From contig CBDCWG010000012.1 in NCBI GenBank assembly GCA_965223345.1, positions 800,001 through 864,000 of the forward strand: a stretch of DNA of 64,000 nt, written 5' to 3'. The notes under the pieces were generated by a model. The model saw only the letters and a list, made by a program, of their open reading frames with translations, searched no databases and was not told the origin of the DNA. The position numbers and the translations under genes were made by a program. The DNA is from Nitrospinales bacterium (lineage in GTDB: Bacteria > Nitrospinota > Nitrospinia > Nitrospinales > VA-1). Positions 9,904 through 19,787 of this stretch are shown here, piece after piece (the stretch's first letter is position 1; each line of letters begins with the position of its first letter).

Positions 9904-10782
9904 TCAATGAATGATTTTATTGAGCGGATATTCCACTATGTCCTCGGCGCCTGCCTGCTTGAGGTCGGGGGCGATGGTGCGCACCATCTTTTCGTCAAGA
10001 ATCACGCTGACATCGACCCAGTCACCATCGCTCAATTGAGCGATGGTCGGCTTTTTCTCCGGAGGCAGGATTTTCAACACGGTGTCTAGTTTGGACTTGG
10101 GAACGTTCATCATCAGGCCCACTTTTCCGTTGGCGGCCATGGCGCTTTGCAGCATCAGGACGAGGCGAGCGGCTTTGTCTTTTTTCCACTCATCTTTGTG
10201 GGCATCCTTGTTCATTATGAATTTGGTGTTGGACTGCATCAGGGTATCGACGATTCTGAGATTGTTGGCGCGCAGGGAACTGCCGGTCTCGGTGATTTCC
10301 ACGATCGCGTCCACCAGCTTGGGGGGTTTGACTTCGGTGGCGCCCCAGGAAAATTCGACATTGGCGGTGACGCCGTGTTTTTTCAGGTAATCGACGGTCA
10401 TGTTCACGGCTTCCGTGGCGATGCGTTTGCCCTGCAGGTCCTTGACCGTCTGGATGGACGAATCGTTGGGAACGGCCAGGACCCAGCGCACCGGCCGGGA
10501 AGACTGCTTGGAGTAAACCAGGTCGGCGACTTCCACGACATCGGCGCGGTTTTCCATGACCCAGTCTTTGCCGGTGAGACCGACATCGAGAACGCCATCC
10601 GCGACGTAGCGGGCGATTTCCTGGGCGCGGATCAGCATGCATTCGATTTCGTCGTCGTCGATCGTGGGAAAATAGGAACGGCTTTTGATTTTGACTTCGT
10701 AGCCTGCTTTGGCAAACAGCTTGACGGTCGCCTCTTCCAGACTGCCTTTGGGAATGCCTAATTTTAAAACGTTGCCGCTCAT
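9904..10782 (-). CDS. hisG: ATP phosphoribosyltransferase, long form
   Basis: [44 protein letters not shown]-terminal regulatory domain. Confidence 0.95.
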   Translation of the reverse strand: MSGNVLKLGIPKGSLEEATVKLFAKAGYEVKIKSRSYFPTIDDDEIECMLIRAQEIARYVADGVLDVGLTGKDWVMENRADVVEVADLVYSKQSSRPVRWVLAVPNDSSIQTVKDLQGKRIATEAVNMTVDYLKKHGVTANVEFSWGATEVKPPKLVDAIVEITETGSSLRANNLRIVDTLMQSNTKFIMNKDAHKDEWKKDKAARLVLMLQSAMAANGKVGLMMNVPKSKLDTVLKILPPEKKPTIAQLSDGDWVDVSVILDEKMVRTIAPDLKQAGAEDIVEYPLNKIIH

Positions 10783-10817
10783 GGGGTTGGGCTCTTTCTA
10801 GGTGAAGGGTAGATATT

Positions 10818-11192
10818 TCAGGACTTTTTGTACACTTGCTTCGGGTCGAAAATCCGTTCTTCGACCACTTCAAGCTCGCCATCGAGCTTTCTGAAAAAAC
10901 AACTGGTGTAACCTTTGTGGCAGGCGGCCTTGCCCACCTGTTCGACTTTCAACAAAACCGTGTCGTCGTCGCAATCGACATAGACTTCCTTGACGATCTG
11001 CACGTTGCCGCTTTCTTCACCCTTCATCCACTGCTTGTCGCGCGAGCGGCTGTAAAACCAGGCTTTGCCCGTTTCCAGCGTTTTTTCCCAGGCGATCGGG
11101 TTCATGTAGGCGAGCATCAACACCTGGCCCGATTCCGCATCCTGAATGATGGCGGGAACCAGACCACCCATCTTCTCAAAATCCAGCTTCAT
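10818..11192 (-). CDS. hisI: Phosphoribosyl-AMP cyclohydrolase
   Basis: [39 protein letters not shown]. Confidence 0.95.
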   Translation of the reverse strand: MKLDFEKMGGLVPAIIQDAESGQVLMLAYMNPIAWEKTLETGKAWFYSRSRDKQWMKGEESGNVQIVKEVYVDCDDDTVLLKVEQVGKAACHKGYTSCFFRKLDGELEVVEERIFDPKQVYKKS

Positions 11193-11379
11193 ATGTTCCT
11201 CCGGTGAAACTCGGAAATCTAAAATATTATTGATTTTCTGTCAACCTTATAATAGCCTGTTCAAAACCTTTTATAAAGTTAGACTTCGATATAATTCAAC
11301 CGCTGCGACCGATCCGTTTTTGACGGGTAACCCATTATAAAACAGTAGGATTTCTCAGTCTCGTTTGCGAGGGGTCAGC

Positions 11380-12000
11380 ATGCCTTCCATCACCCATTTT
11401 GAAATCTACAAACCTGCGGAACCGTGCGCATTGACCGGTGAAAAACTGCGGGAAACCATGGAAAAAACGCTCAATGAGTGCCTTTCTTCCGACGGCAAGG
11501 AGTTCAACCTCAAAGGATATTGCGTCGGATCCAACGGGATGGGCATTTTTTGCCTGGACGACCGGCTGAGCAAAGTGAAACGGCTGAACCTGGGGGGCAA
11601 CCGCATCGGCGACAAGGGCGTGCGCCTGCTTGCGGAAGCGGAGGTTTTTTCCAAAGTGAACTGGCTGGAACTGGGGGGCAACGACATCGGCCCGGATGGC
11701 ATCCGGGCGCTGGTGGACTCGAAGGTGCTCAAGAAAGTCAAGACCCTCAATCTGTACCGCAACTATATCAAAGACGAAGGCGCCAAGGTGCTGGCGGAGA
11801 AAAACGGTCTGGAAAAGATCGAGGATCTGGACCTGGCGCAGAATGAAATCGGCGATGCCGGCATTCTGGCGCTGTCCGAGTCCAAACGGTTTCCCAATCT
11901 GGTGGCGGCCTATCTCGACAACAATTTCGCTTCCCGGATTGCCAAGGAAAAAGCCCGGCTCGGACCGAATTTCAAAAAACTGCAATCTTTGAACCTTTGA
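11380..12000 (+). CDS. Small leucine-rich-repeat protein (ribonuclease-inhibitor-like 28-aa LRRs)
   Basis: Repeats LNLGGNRIGDKGVRLLA, LELGGNDIGPDGIRAL, LNLYRNYIKDEGAKVLA, LDLAQNEIGDAGILAL. Confidence 0.85.
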   Translation: MPSITHFEIYKPAEPCALTGEKLRETMEKTLNECLSSDGKEFNLKGYCVGSNGMGIFCLDDRLSKVKRLNLGGNRIGDKGVRLLAEAEVFSKVNWLELGGNDIGPDGIRALVDSKVLKKVKTLNLYRNYIKDEGAKVLAEKNGLEKIEDLDLAQNEIGDAGILALSESKRFPNLVAAYLDNNFASRIAKEKARLGPNFKKLQSLNL

Positions 12001-12075
12001 GGTCGGCGTTTGCGGTCATCGGGAATCGATGCCAGATCGGTTCCCGTTTATTCGTTTACAATATATTGAGGCGTA

Positions 12076-12645
12076 ATGAGCGAAACGTACGGTAAAGGAT
12101 CTTTCCTGATCGCCAACCCGGTGCTGCCGGACCCGAACTTCTCCCGCACCGTCGTCCTCTTGTGCAATCACGACGAGCACGGCTCGTTCGGCCTGGTCAT
12201 CAACAAGGTGGCGCCGGTGAACCCTGCCGAAGTGTTTGAAAAGATCAACGTAGACCGGCTGCAGTCGTTCAGGGGCAAAGTGTACATCGGCGGCCCGGTT
12301 TCCCAGTCGCAGATGTTTTATGTCTGCCGCTCCCCGGAAACGATTCCCGAGCTGGACCAGATCTGCGAGGGCGTGTATCTGGGGATGGATTGGAATTTTC
12401 TCGAAAAGGTCGTCGAGAACATCCCCGACCCGGAATCCAACGTGCGCTTTTATCTCGGCTATTCCGGCTGGGCGGCGGGACAGTTGGCGGGTGAGATGGA
12501 GCAGAGAAGCTGGCTCACCTGCGACGCCACGGAACGATTCGTGTTCGAACCGGAAGAAGATCAGGTGTGGCCCCAAGTCGTGAAGTCGATGGGAAAAGAA
12601 TACGAATATCTGATCAAGGCCCCGGTCAATCCTTCCTTGAATTGA
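12076..12645 (+). CDS. YqgE/AlgH family protein
   Basis: FLIANP.L.DPNFSRTVVLLCNH, GGPV, GYSGWAAGQL..E...SW. Confidence 0.9.
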   Translation: MSETYGKGSFLIANPVLPDPNFSRTVVLLCNHDEHGSFGLVINKVAPVNPAEVFEKINVDRLQSFRGKVYIGGPVSQSQMFYVCRSPETIPELDQICEGVYLGMDWNFLEKVVENIPDPESNVRFYLGYSGWAAGQLAGEMEQRSWLTCDATERFVFEPEEDQVWPQVVKSMGKEYEYLIKAPVNPSLN

Positions 12646-12646
12646 G

Positions 12647-12672
12647 CGGGTGACCGCGCGTCACCCGGTTTT
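12647..12672 (+). terminator. Probable terminator after the yqgE-like gene
   Basis: CGGGTGAC-CGCGC-GTCACCCG followed by GTTTT. Confidence 0.5.
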
Positions 12673-12724
12673 GTGAAATCAGGGCCGGAGCACAGCCGCC
12701 CGATCCGGCCGGGACTCTTTCTCG

Positions 12725-13633
12725 ATGGCATCCTTGCACACCCTTCCCCCTTCCGAGCAGGTTTACGAATCTCACGTTCCCGAGCGCTTCGCCGGATATA
12801 GCATCGAACACTACTTTGCGGCGCGTTTCGGTTACTGGAGCGAAGCGCAGTGGAAGCTCACCATCGAAGCGGGGCGGATTCACGTCAACGGCCGTCCTGC
12901 GGCACTGGGATCGGTGCTGCGTTCCCAGGACAGGATCACAACCCGCATGGGGATGCGCAGCGAGCCCCCTGCGAACCGTGCGCTGGATGTGATCTTTGAG
13001 GACCGGCATCTGCGGGTGTTCAACAAGGCCGCACCTATTCCCGTGCATCCGAGCGGGCGTTATTTCAAAAACAGCATGACTGAGGTTTTAAAAACGGTTT
13101 ATCCCGATGAAATTCCCCGGCCGGTGCAGCGGCTCGATGCGGCGACCACCGGCGTGCTGGTTTTTGCACGCAGCAAAGAAGCTGCAACCCATCTGATGCG
13201 TGCGTTTCAGGAAAACCGGATTCACAAGGAATACCTGGCGCTGGTGGAAGGGGTGCCGAAAAAGAAACGTTTCACCGTGCGGGCGGCGATCGGAAAAATA
13301 CGCGGGTCCAAACGCGCCACCGGTGAAGGGTTGCAAAACCCGAAGCCGGCCGATACGGATTTTGAATGGCTTGCGACTCTGGATGGAAAATCCCTGCTCA
13401 AGGCGATCCCCCGATCCGGCCGCACCAACCAGATCCGGGTGCATCTGAGCAGCGCCGGTCATCCGGTGGTCAACGATCCGGTGTACGGCACGGGATCGGG
13501 ATGCGCCTCGGCGATGGGGCTGCACGCCTTGAAAGCCCGTTTCAAACTGTTCGAATCGCAGATGGAGTTCAGCGCCGCACCGCCTGCGCACTTTATGCCC
13601 TTTCTCAAAGAGGTTGAGAGCGAAATGCCATGA
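12725..13633 (+). CDS. RluA-family pseudouridine synthase with S4-like domain
   Basis: NKAAPIPVHP, QRLDAATTG with catalytic Asp, GRTNQIRVHL...GHPVVND. Confidence 0.9.
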   Translation: MASLHTLPPSEQVYESHVPERFAGYSIEHYFAARFGYWSEAQWKLTIEAGRIHVNGRPAALGSVLRSQDRITTRMGMRSEPPANRALDVIFEDRHLRVFNKAAPIPVHPSGRYFKNSMTEVLKTVYPDEIPRPVQRLDAATTGVLVFARSKEAATHLMRAFQENRIHKEYLALVEGVPKKKRFTVRAAIGKIRGSKRATGEGLQNPKPADTDFEWLATLDGKSLLKAIPRSGRTNQIRVHLSSAGHPVVNDPVYGTGSGCASAMGLHALKARFKLFESQMEFSAAPPAHFMPFLKEVESEMP

Positions 13634-14679
13634 CCCCTGCTGTTTTGAACGCAAACAAAGCGGCTTCCAAGCCCACGGGCAATCTGTTCGCCAAGGCGCG
13701 CAATCCCTTCTGGCTGGCGCCCATGGCGGGGATCACCGATGTGGTGTTCCGCGGGTTGATGGACGAGCTGGGGGCGGGGGTGCTGGTTTCGGAGCTGGTG
13801 TCTTCGAAAGGGCTATTGTACCGTTCCGGAAAAACCCGTCAGATGATGCGCATCCACCCCGATCGCAGGACGATCGTGGGCATCCAGTTATTCGGCGAGT
13901 CCGCAGAGGAGATCATCGACGCCGCCTGGAAGGTGCAGGAGGATGGGGGCGATTTCATCGACATCAACCTCGGCTGCCCGGTGAAAAAGGTGGTGAAAAA
14001 AGGCTGCGGCGCGGCGTTGATGCGCGACCCCGCGTACCTGGAGTCGTTTCTGACGCAGATCAAGCGGGGCATCCCGCTGCCCCTCACGGTGAAGATGCGC
14101 ACCGGCTGGAGCGACGAAGAGCTGACGATTCACGAATGCGTGCGTGCCGCCGCCAACGCCGGTTGCGAATGGGTGGCGATCCACGGCCGCACCCGCACTC
14201 AGGGATACGAGGGGCGGGCAAACTGGGATCTGATCGCAGAGGTGAAACAGAAAGCGTCGATCCCCATCATCGGCAACGGCGATATCCGCGATCCGGCGCG
14301 CGCCCGGCGTTGTCTGGAGAAATACGGCGTCGATGCGGTCATGATCGGCCGCGGCGCGTTGCGCAATCCGTGGATTTTCCGTCAGTGCATGGGCGTTCAC
14401 GGACGGGAAGACATGACCGCGCTCGATCTGCTGACGCGCTACCTCTCAGGGTTGCGGACCTATTACGACACGCGCATCACGCTCATCCTGCTGCGTAAAT
14501 TTTCCACCTGGCTGGCATTCGGCTATCCGGGCGCCGCCGCGTTCCGCCGCGAAGTGTTTCTGATTCCCACACCCGACGAGGTGGTTGCGTTTGCGGCCGC
14601 GTTTTTCGAGGCTCGCGCGCACCTTCCCGCTCCCCGCTTCGACGAATCCGAAGCGTTTCTCATGGGCGGACACGGCTGA
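13630..14679 (+). CDS. tRNA-dihydrouridine synthase (DusB-like)
   Basis: LAPMAGITD, IDINLGCP, VKMRTGW, IHGRT, GNGDI, MIGRGALRNPW. Confidence 0.92.
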   Translation: MTPAVLNANKAASKPTGNLFAKARNPFWLAPMAGITDVVFRGLMDELGAGVLVSELVSSKGLLYRSGKTRQMMRIHPDRRTIVGIQLFGESAEEIIDAAWKVQEDGGDFIDINLGCPVKKVVKKGCGAALMRDPAYLESFLTQIKRGIPLPLTVKMRTGWSDEELTIHECVRAAANAGCEWVAIHGRTRTQGYEGRANWDLIAEVKQKASIPIIGNGDIRDPARARRCLEKYGVDAVMIGRGALRNPWIFRQCMGVHGREDMTALDLLTRYLSGLRTYYDTRITLILLRKFSTWLAFGYPGAAAFRREVFLIPTPDEVVAFAAAFFEARAHLPAPRFDESEAFLMGGHG

Positions 14680-14690
14680 GACGGCATTCC

Positions 14691-15485
14691 TTGAACGACA
14701 CGAAAGCAAAAGCGAAAAAGAATTCCAAGCCGAAAAACTCCCGGCCGCCGGAGTTCGCCCTTTACGGCTGGAACGCCTGCATGCGCCTGTTCGAAAAGCG
14801 GCCCAAGGACATCCTGCGCGTTTTTTTCAGCAGGGCGCGTTCCGCCGAACTGGGAGCGGTGAAGAAATGGTGCGCCGCGCGCAAGCTGCCGTATCGGCAA
14901 CTGAATGCGGAGGACCTCGCCAAAGTCGCGGCCAGTGTGCATCACGAAGGGGTGGTGATGGTGGTGCGTCCCCTGGAAGCCAGGCGGGCGCATGCTCTGA
15001 CACGGGAACCGTTGCCCAAGGATGCGGTGCTGGTCGCGCTGGACCGCGTCGAGGACGTGCACAACCGCGGCGCGATTTTGCGGTCCTGCGCTTTTTTCGG
15101 GGTGAACGGAATGGTCGCCCCGGCCGCAAAGGAAGAAAAGTGGTTCGCGCCCTCGGCGGCGCGCATGGCGGAAGGCGCTCTGGAGGTGGTCCCGTTTTAC
15201 GGGTGTTCGGACCTGGCCTCGGTGCTGCGGGATCTGCGCAAGCAGGGGGCGTTCGTGCTGGGGGCCGATCTCGACGCGCGGCGGTCCCTGTATGAGGCGT
15301 CGATTTCATTTCCCTGCGTGCTGGTTGTGGGCAACGAGCGGGAAGGGTTGTCGGAAAAAGTCAAAAAGCGCTGCGACACGCTGGTGCGGATTCCGGGGAC
15401 GCAGGAGATGCAGTCTCTGAATGTGTCTGTGGCGGCGGGGGTGGTGCTTGCCGAGATTTTCCGCAGAAAAACGCAACCGGTGTGA
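14691..15485 (+). CDS. TrmH/SpoU-family RNA 2'-O-methyltransferase
   Basis: DRVEDVHNRGAILRS, VGNEREGL, IPG...SLNVSVAAGV. Confidence 0.9.
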   Translation: MNDTKAKAKKNSKPKNSRPPEFALYGWNACMRLFEKRPKDILRVFFSRARSAELGAVKKWCAARKLPYRQLNAEDLAKVAASVHHEGVVMVVRPLEARRAHALTREPLPKDAVLVALDRVEDVHNRGAILRSCAFFGVNGMVAPAAKEEKWFAPSAARMAEGALEVVPFYGCSDLASVLRDLRKQGAFVLGADLDARRSLYEASISFPCVLVVGNEREGLSEKVKKRCDTLVRIPGTQEMQSLNVSVAAGVVLAEIFRRKTQPV

Positions 15486-15492
15486 GTGAGCC

Positions 15493-15915
15493 ATGTTTTT
15501 TGCAAAACTGCATCCTCTGATCGTGCACTTTCCCATGGGGCTTCTGGTGAGCGGCGCGCTGTTCGAGCTTTACGGGAAGCTCCGCAACGAGGAGGTGGTT
15601 TCCGCCGCCGGGCGGTTCAACCTGCGCCTCGGTTTCTGGAGCGCGTTTCCGGTGCTGGTCGTCGGTTATCTCGGCATGTTGAGTCTGGAAAACACGGAAA
15701 AATTCAGAAGCTTTCTCGGCAACCACATCCTGTTTGCGTTTTCTTCTGTGGGGATATTTATGGCGGCGCTGTTGCTGGCGCGGTTTCGCAGCCAGCGGGG
15801 CGGGCTGTATTACCTGCTGCTCTTTCTCGGGCTGTGCACGGTGCTCGCCACCGGTTTTTTCGGCGGAGAGATGGTGCACCGGTTCGGCGTGTCGGCGAAG
15901 CAGTCGCTGATCTAG
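15493..15915 (+). CDS. DUF2231-like membrane protein
   Basis: LHPLIVHFPMGL, four TM segments, TGFFGGEMVH. Confidence 0.8.
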   Translation: MFFAKLHPLIVHFPMGLLVSGALFELYGKLRNEEVVSAAGRFNLRLGFWSAFPVLVVGYLGMLSLENTEKFRSFLGNHILFAFSSVGIFMAALLLARFRSQRGGLYYLLLFLGLCTVLATGFFGGEMVHRFGVSAKQSLI

Positions 15916-16292
15916 AACACGAGAACGTAACCGGACCAGCCGGATGCGGCCAGGGACAACAATCCGGTCGCGTAAAAAAACACGGCGATTTTCGAGTAGG
16001 GGCGGGTGTACGAATAGCCCGCGCAAAAACCGTAAAGGACCGTGAAGAGGAACGAGTATCCCTGATGTCCTTCCACCTCCACCGTGGAGCGCAGGCTCAG
16101 ATCGGCGGACAGCATGCCGGAAAAATCCGCCATCACCGCAGCCAGCAGCCCCAGGCTCAGGTTGAACGAACCCGCCGATTTGTACAACGGATTGTTGTGT
16201 TTCCACGACAGAAAAATCAGCGCGACCCCGGCAATGAAGAGAGCTATGGGGAAATGCGAGATGAAGGGGTGGAAGGAGACGGTGCTGATCAT
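15912..16292 (-). CDS. DUF2231-like membrane protein (paralogue)
   Basis: FHPFISHFPIAL, four TM segments, ends SGWSGYVLVF. Confidence 0.75.
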   Translation of the reverse strand: MISTVSFHPFISHFPIALFIAGVALIFLSWKHNNPLYKSAGSFNLSLGLLAAVMADFSGMLSADLSLRSTVEVEGHQGYSFLFTVLYGFCAGYSYTRPYSKIAVFFYATGLLSLAASGWSGYVLVF

Positions 16293-16469
16293 GTTTTAAG
16301 GATGCGGGAAATGCGAGTCGTGGATTTCAAGATGCAGCTTGCCATATCGTCTGCGGTTTGCAGACTCTGGACGCTGAGGGAACGAATCGATGGCGGCGCG
16401 CGCAACCGGTTGCCGCCACTGAATCGGCGGCCGGTGCCCGCCCGGTTCCGTTGAGGGCGGTTAAACGAA

Positions 16470-16778
16470 TCAGGTGTTTTTCGTTGAGCTGTCGGAATCG
16501 TTGGTGAGGCCGAGGCTCTTTTCGGAAAGGTCGAGGTTGACGTCTACGTCCACCTTGGTGGCGTTCATCACATCCTGTTCCAGAACTTCCATGTTGACGT
16601 TCTGCTTCAGGCCTTCCGCCTCGTCCATCACTTCTTGCTTGAGGCTGCTGAAGGTGTTCTGGAACTCTCCCCAGCCTTTGCCGATCGCTTTGGCGAGCTT
16701 GGGCAGGTTCTGAGGACCGATGACCACCACGGCGATGGCCATGATGATGAGGATTTCAAAAAAACCGATGTCGAACAT
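16470..16778 (-). CDS. tatB: Twin-arginine translocase TatB-like subunit
   Basis: MFDIGFFEILIIMAIAVVVIGPQNLPKLAKAIGK followed by an amphipathic helix. Confidence 0.85.
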   Translation of the reverse strand: MFDIGFFEILIIMAIAVVVIGPQNLPKLAKAIGKGWGEFQNTFSSLKQEVMDEAEGLKQNVNMEVLEQDVMNATKVDVDVNLDLSEKSLGLTNDSDSSTKNT

Positions 16779-16829
16779 GGGCCGACTCCATGACAGGTTG
16801 TCCTTGCGTTCTCAGGATACAGCTAAATT

Positions 16830-17036
16830 CTACCAGATGAAAGGGTTGTTCGCCAGCACGACAAGGGCAATCAAAATGAGGACCGCATAATATAACCAGT
16901 CCAGAAAGGAATGAGCCTGCAATTTCCTGAAATTCCTCTTCATCCATTGAACCCGTTTGGGAATGTTCTGAGGACCGATGACCACCACGGCAGTGGCCAT
17001 GATGATCAGGGTTTCATGAAAACCGATGTCGAACAT
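16830..17036 (-). CDS. Duplicated TatB N-terminus with an unrelated hydrophobic C-terminus (possible pseudogene)
   Basis: MFDIGFHETLIIMATAVVVIGPQNIPK is near-identical to the adjacent tatB, then diverges to a second TM ending LANNPFIW. Confidence 0.55.
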   Translation of the reverse strand: MFDIGFHETLIIMATAVVVIGPQNIPKRVQWMKRNFRKLQAHSFLDWLYYAVLILIALVVLANNPFIW

Positions 17037-17295
17037 GGGGAATCTCCCCAAAACCGTTTGGCTTGGAATATGAAAAATTCTACCAGATGAAAGGCCGGTT
17101 TGCTAATGAGATCGGGTTTCGCTATCCTGCTGCGGGGAACGCACAAGTCCGGAAAAAGCAAACGGATAGAGTGGGGCCCTTTGGTGGAGGACCGGCTTCG
17201 GCATGCGCATACTGCCGGTCTATACCGGTGTTGACAGCGGCGGGGATCGCTGGTAATCCTGCGGAACGGCAAGGCTCGATGATTCGCATTCGCAA

Positions 17296-18225
17296 ATGAA
17301 AATTGTCCGGGGTACGAAAAACATTGTGGGGCCCATCGCCTATCCGGTGGTTTCGATCGGCAATTTCGACGGCGTGCACATCGGTCATCAAATGCTGTTT
17401 CGAAAAACCGCCGAGATCGCCCAGGCTGCGAAGGGCACCTCGATCGCTTTCACGTTCGAACCGCATCCGCTCAAAATCATCGCTCCCGAGCGGGTGCCGC
17501 CTCTGCTCACGACCTTTCGCCAGAAGATGGAACTCATCGAAGCGAACGGCATCGATCTGGTCATCTGCGCCGATTTCACGCGGCAGTTCGCGGACCAGCG
17601 GCCGCGGGATTTCGCCAGGAATGTGCTGGTGGATAAAATCGGTGTCAGGGAGATCGTGGTGGGATTCGATTATGCGTTTGGCCGCGGCCGGGAGGGCACC
17701 ATCGACTACCTCAAGAAAATGGGCGAGGAGTTCGGATTCGTGGTCCACGTGGTCGATCCGATCAAAATCAACGGCCACCTGGTCGGCAGCTCGCACGTGC
17801 GGGAGCTGATCGAGGAAGGCGACGTGCAGGGGGCGCAGGAGTTTCTCGGCCGCTATTATTCGATCCGCGGTCCCGTGGTGCACGGCCACCACACCGGCAA
17901 GGCTATCGGGTTTCCCACCGCCAACATCGACACCAGCAAGGTGCAGACTCCCGGAACGGGGGTGTATGCCGCCTACGTGCTTTTAAAGGGCAAGCGCTAC
18001 CGCGGTGCGGTGAACGTGGGGTTCAACCCGACCTTCAACCGCGACCGGTTGAGCGTCGAGGTGTTCATTTTCGATTTCGACCGGAAAATCTACGGCGAGG
18101 AAATCGAGGTTCAGTTTGTGGACCGCATCCGCAGTGAAATCGCCTTTGCGTCCGCCGACGAACTGGTGGCGCAGATCCGAAAGGATGTCGAAACCGCAAA
18201 CGTGATTCTGGAGAACGCTCCTTGA
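17296..18225 (+). CDS. ribF: Bifunctional riboflavin kinase/FAD synthetase
   Basis: IGNFDGVHIGHQ, TFEPHP, GFDYAFG, GFPTAN. Confidence 0.95.
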   Translation: MKIVRGTKNIVGPIAYPVVSIGNFDGVHIGHQMLFRKTAEIAQAAKGTSIAFTFEPHPLKIIAPERVPPLLTTFRQKMELIEANGIDLVICADFTRQFADQRPRDFARNVLVDKIGVREIVVGFDYAFGRGREGTIDYLKKMGEEFGFVVHVVDPIKINGHLVGSSHVRELIEEGDVQGAQEFLGRYYSIRGPVVHGHHTGKAIGFPTANIDTSKVQTPGTGVYAAYVLLKGKRYRGAVNVGFNPTFNRDRLSVEVFIFDFDRKIYGEEIEVQFVDRIRSEIAFASADELVAQIRKDVETANVILENAP

Positions 18226-19277
18226 AGAACTGGAAACAACTGCTGCTGGGCCTGGCCATCGCCGCGGCGGCTTTGTACTACACCTTGCGCAACGTTTCGT
18301 TTCAGGAGCTTTCGGATTCCTTCAAAACGGTGGAGTACATCTATCTGCTGCCGGCGGTGGGCTTCATGCTGCTCAGCTTTGTGTTGCGCGCCTACCGGTG
18401 GCGGATTCTGCTCGCTCCCATGAAAGCGGTGAAGGTGGGCGCCCTGTATTCCCCGCTGATGATCGGGTTCATGGGAAATATCCTGCCGGCGCGGGCGGGA
18501 GAGTTTTTGCGCGCCTACCTGCTGGGAAAAAAACTCGATGTGTCATTCTCGGGTGCGTTCGCGTCGATCGTGGTCGAACGTCTGTTCGACGTCGCGGCGC
18601 TGCTTTTTCTGTTCGTCTGGGTGTTCGTGTTTCACGCGGACATCATCGACCCGCAGGCGATGGTATCCGGGGTGCCGGTGCAGGTGCTGGCGACGCGATT
18701 CGGGCAGGTGAGCGCCGTTCTTTTGGCTGCGCTCATGCTGTTCGTTTATCTGATGGTGAATCACAAGGAAGGGTTGATGCGCTTTCTGCGGAAACTCCTT
18801 CGCCCGTTGCCCGAAACCTGGCAGAACAAGATCGAATATCTGCTGGAGGAATTCAGCCTGGGCTGCATGGCGACGAAAAATCTTGCGGCCGTTTTGAAGA
18901 TCGTGTTTTTCACGCTTCTGGTGTGGGCGGCGATCGTTTTGAGCTATTATCCGTTCTTCTGGGCGTATGAACTTCCCGACCCGTCCCTGCAATCGGTCAT
19001 GCTCGTCACGCTGTTTGTGTGTGTGCTGATCACGGTTCTTCCGACGCCGGCGTTTCTCGGGTCCTTCAATGCGGCGATTTTGTTCGCCCTGCACGAGATC
19101 ATGCACGTGCCGGAAGTGACGGCGGTCAGCTTCGGGGTCGTGTGCTGGGCGGTCAATTTCGGGGTCGTTCTGGCGGGAGGGCTTTATTTCGTGCTGCACG
19201 ATTCGCTGTCCGTGAGCAAGCTGGTCGAAATCGAGGAAAAGGGGCCGGACGCCCTGAAAGAAGCGGGTCCCTCTTGA
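18222..19277 (+). CDS. Lysylphosphatidylglycerol-synthase TM (flippase-like, UPF0104) protein
   Basis: LRAYRWRILL, GFMGNILPARAGEFLR, ASIVVERLFD, LPTPAFLG. Confidence 0.85.
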   Translation: MKNWKQLLLGLAIAAAALYYTLRNVSFQELSDSFKTVEYIYLLPAVGFMLLSFVLRAYRWRILLAPMKAVKVGALYSPLMIGFMGNILPARAGEFLRAYLLGKKLDVSFSGAFASIVVERLFDVAALLFLFVWVFVFHADIIDPQAMVSGVPVQVLATRFGQVSAVLLAALMLFVYLMVNHKEGLMRFLRKLLRPLPETWQNKIEYLLEEFSLGCMATKNLAAVLKIVFFTLLVWAAIVLSYYPFFWAYELPDPSLQSVMLVTLFVCVLITVLPTPAFLGSFNAAILFALHEIMHVPEVTAVSFGVVCWAVNFGVVLAGGLYFVLHDSLSVSKLVEIEEKGPDALKEAGPS

Positions 19278-19338
19278 TTCCGTCTTGAAATTTCAGGACA
19301 ACCCTTTCATAATAGCATCCCAACCCCGACCGCAGGGC

Positions 19339-19425
19339 GCCGAAGTGGCGGAATTGGTAGACGCGCATGATTCAGGATCATGTGTTCGAAAGAACGTGGA
19401 GGTTCAAATCCTCTCTTCGGCACCA
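19339..19425 (+). tRNA. tRNA-Leu(CAG)
   Basis: GCCGAAG/CTTCGGC acceptor stem plus ACCA, anticodon arm CATGA-TTCAGGA-TCATG, long variable arm, GGTTCAAATCC. Confidence 0.96.
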
Positions 19426-19667
19426 CTCTTATGAGGAGTTCGATTTCGTTTTCTGTGGACGAATTCCTCATTGTTTGATCTTAACCTTTTCCTATCGATC
19501 GGAAAACTTACACGTGGCGGGCGGATCGATCCATGCCGGGTGAAGATGGTTGGCTAGGATTCGAACCCGTTTCTCTGAACCCTATCCCCTATCCTTTTAT
19601 CAGTGTGTCGCGTGCGGTTTTGCGGAATTTCAATTTGGTTTTTCCGGATCGTAATTTTTCATATTTG

Positions 19668-19708
19668 AGAAGGGGCACACTCCTCATTTGCTAGTTTGTG
19701 CCCCTTCT
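19668..19708 (-). terminator. Hairpin downstream of the minus-strand 127-aa gene
   Basis: AGAAGGGGCACA...TGTGCCCCTTCT 12-bp inverted repeat. Confidence 0.5.
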
Positions 19709-19787
19709 GAATTGTCTTGGGCCACGCAAGATGTAGTCTAATATCCGCATGTCCCACCTGTAGCAGCTCGAATCGCATGCTTGGCGG

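Noticed and set aside
17078..17120. Minus-strand peptide remnant LANRPFIW matching the end of the tatB-like duplicate
   Set aside because: An in-frame stop lies a few codons upstream and there is no start; the match reflects the duplicated promoter DNA, not a third gene.
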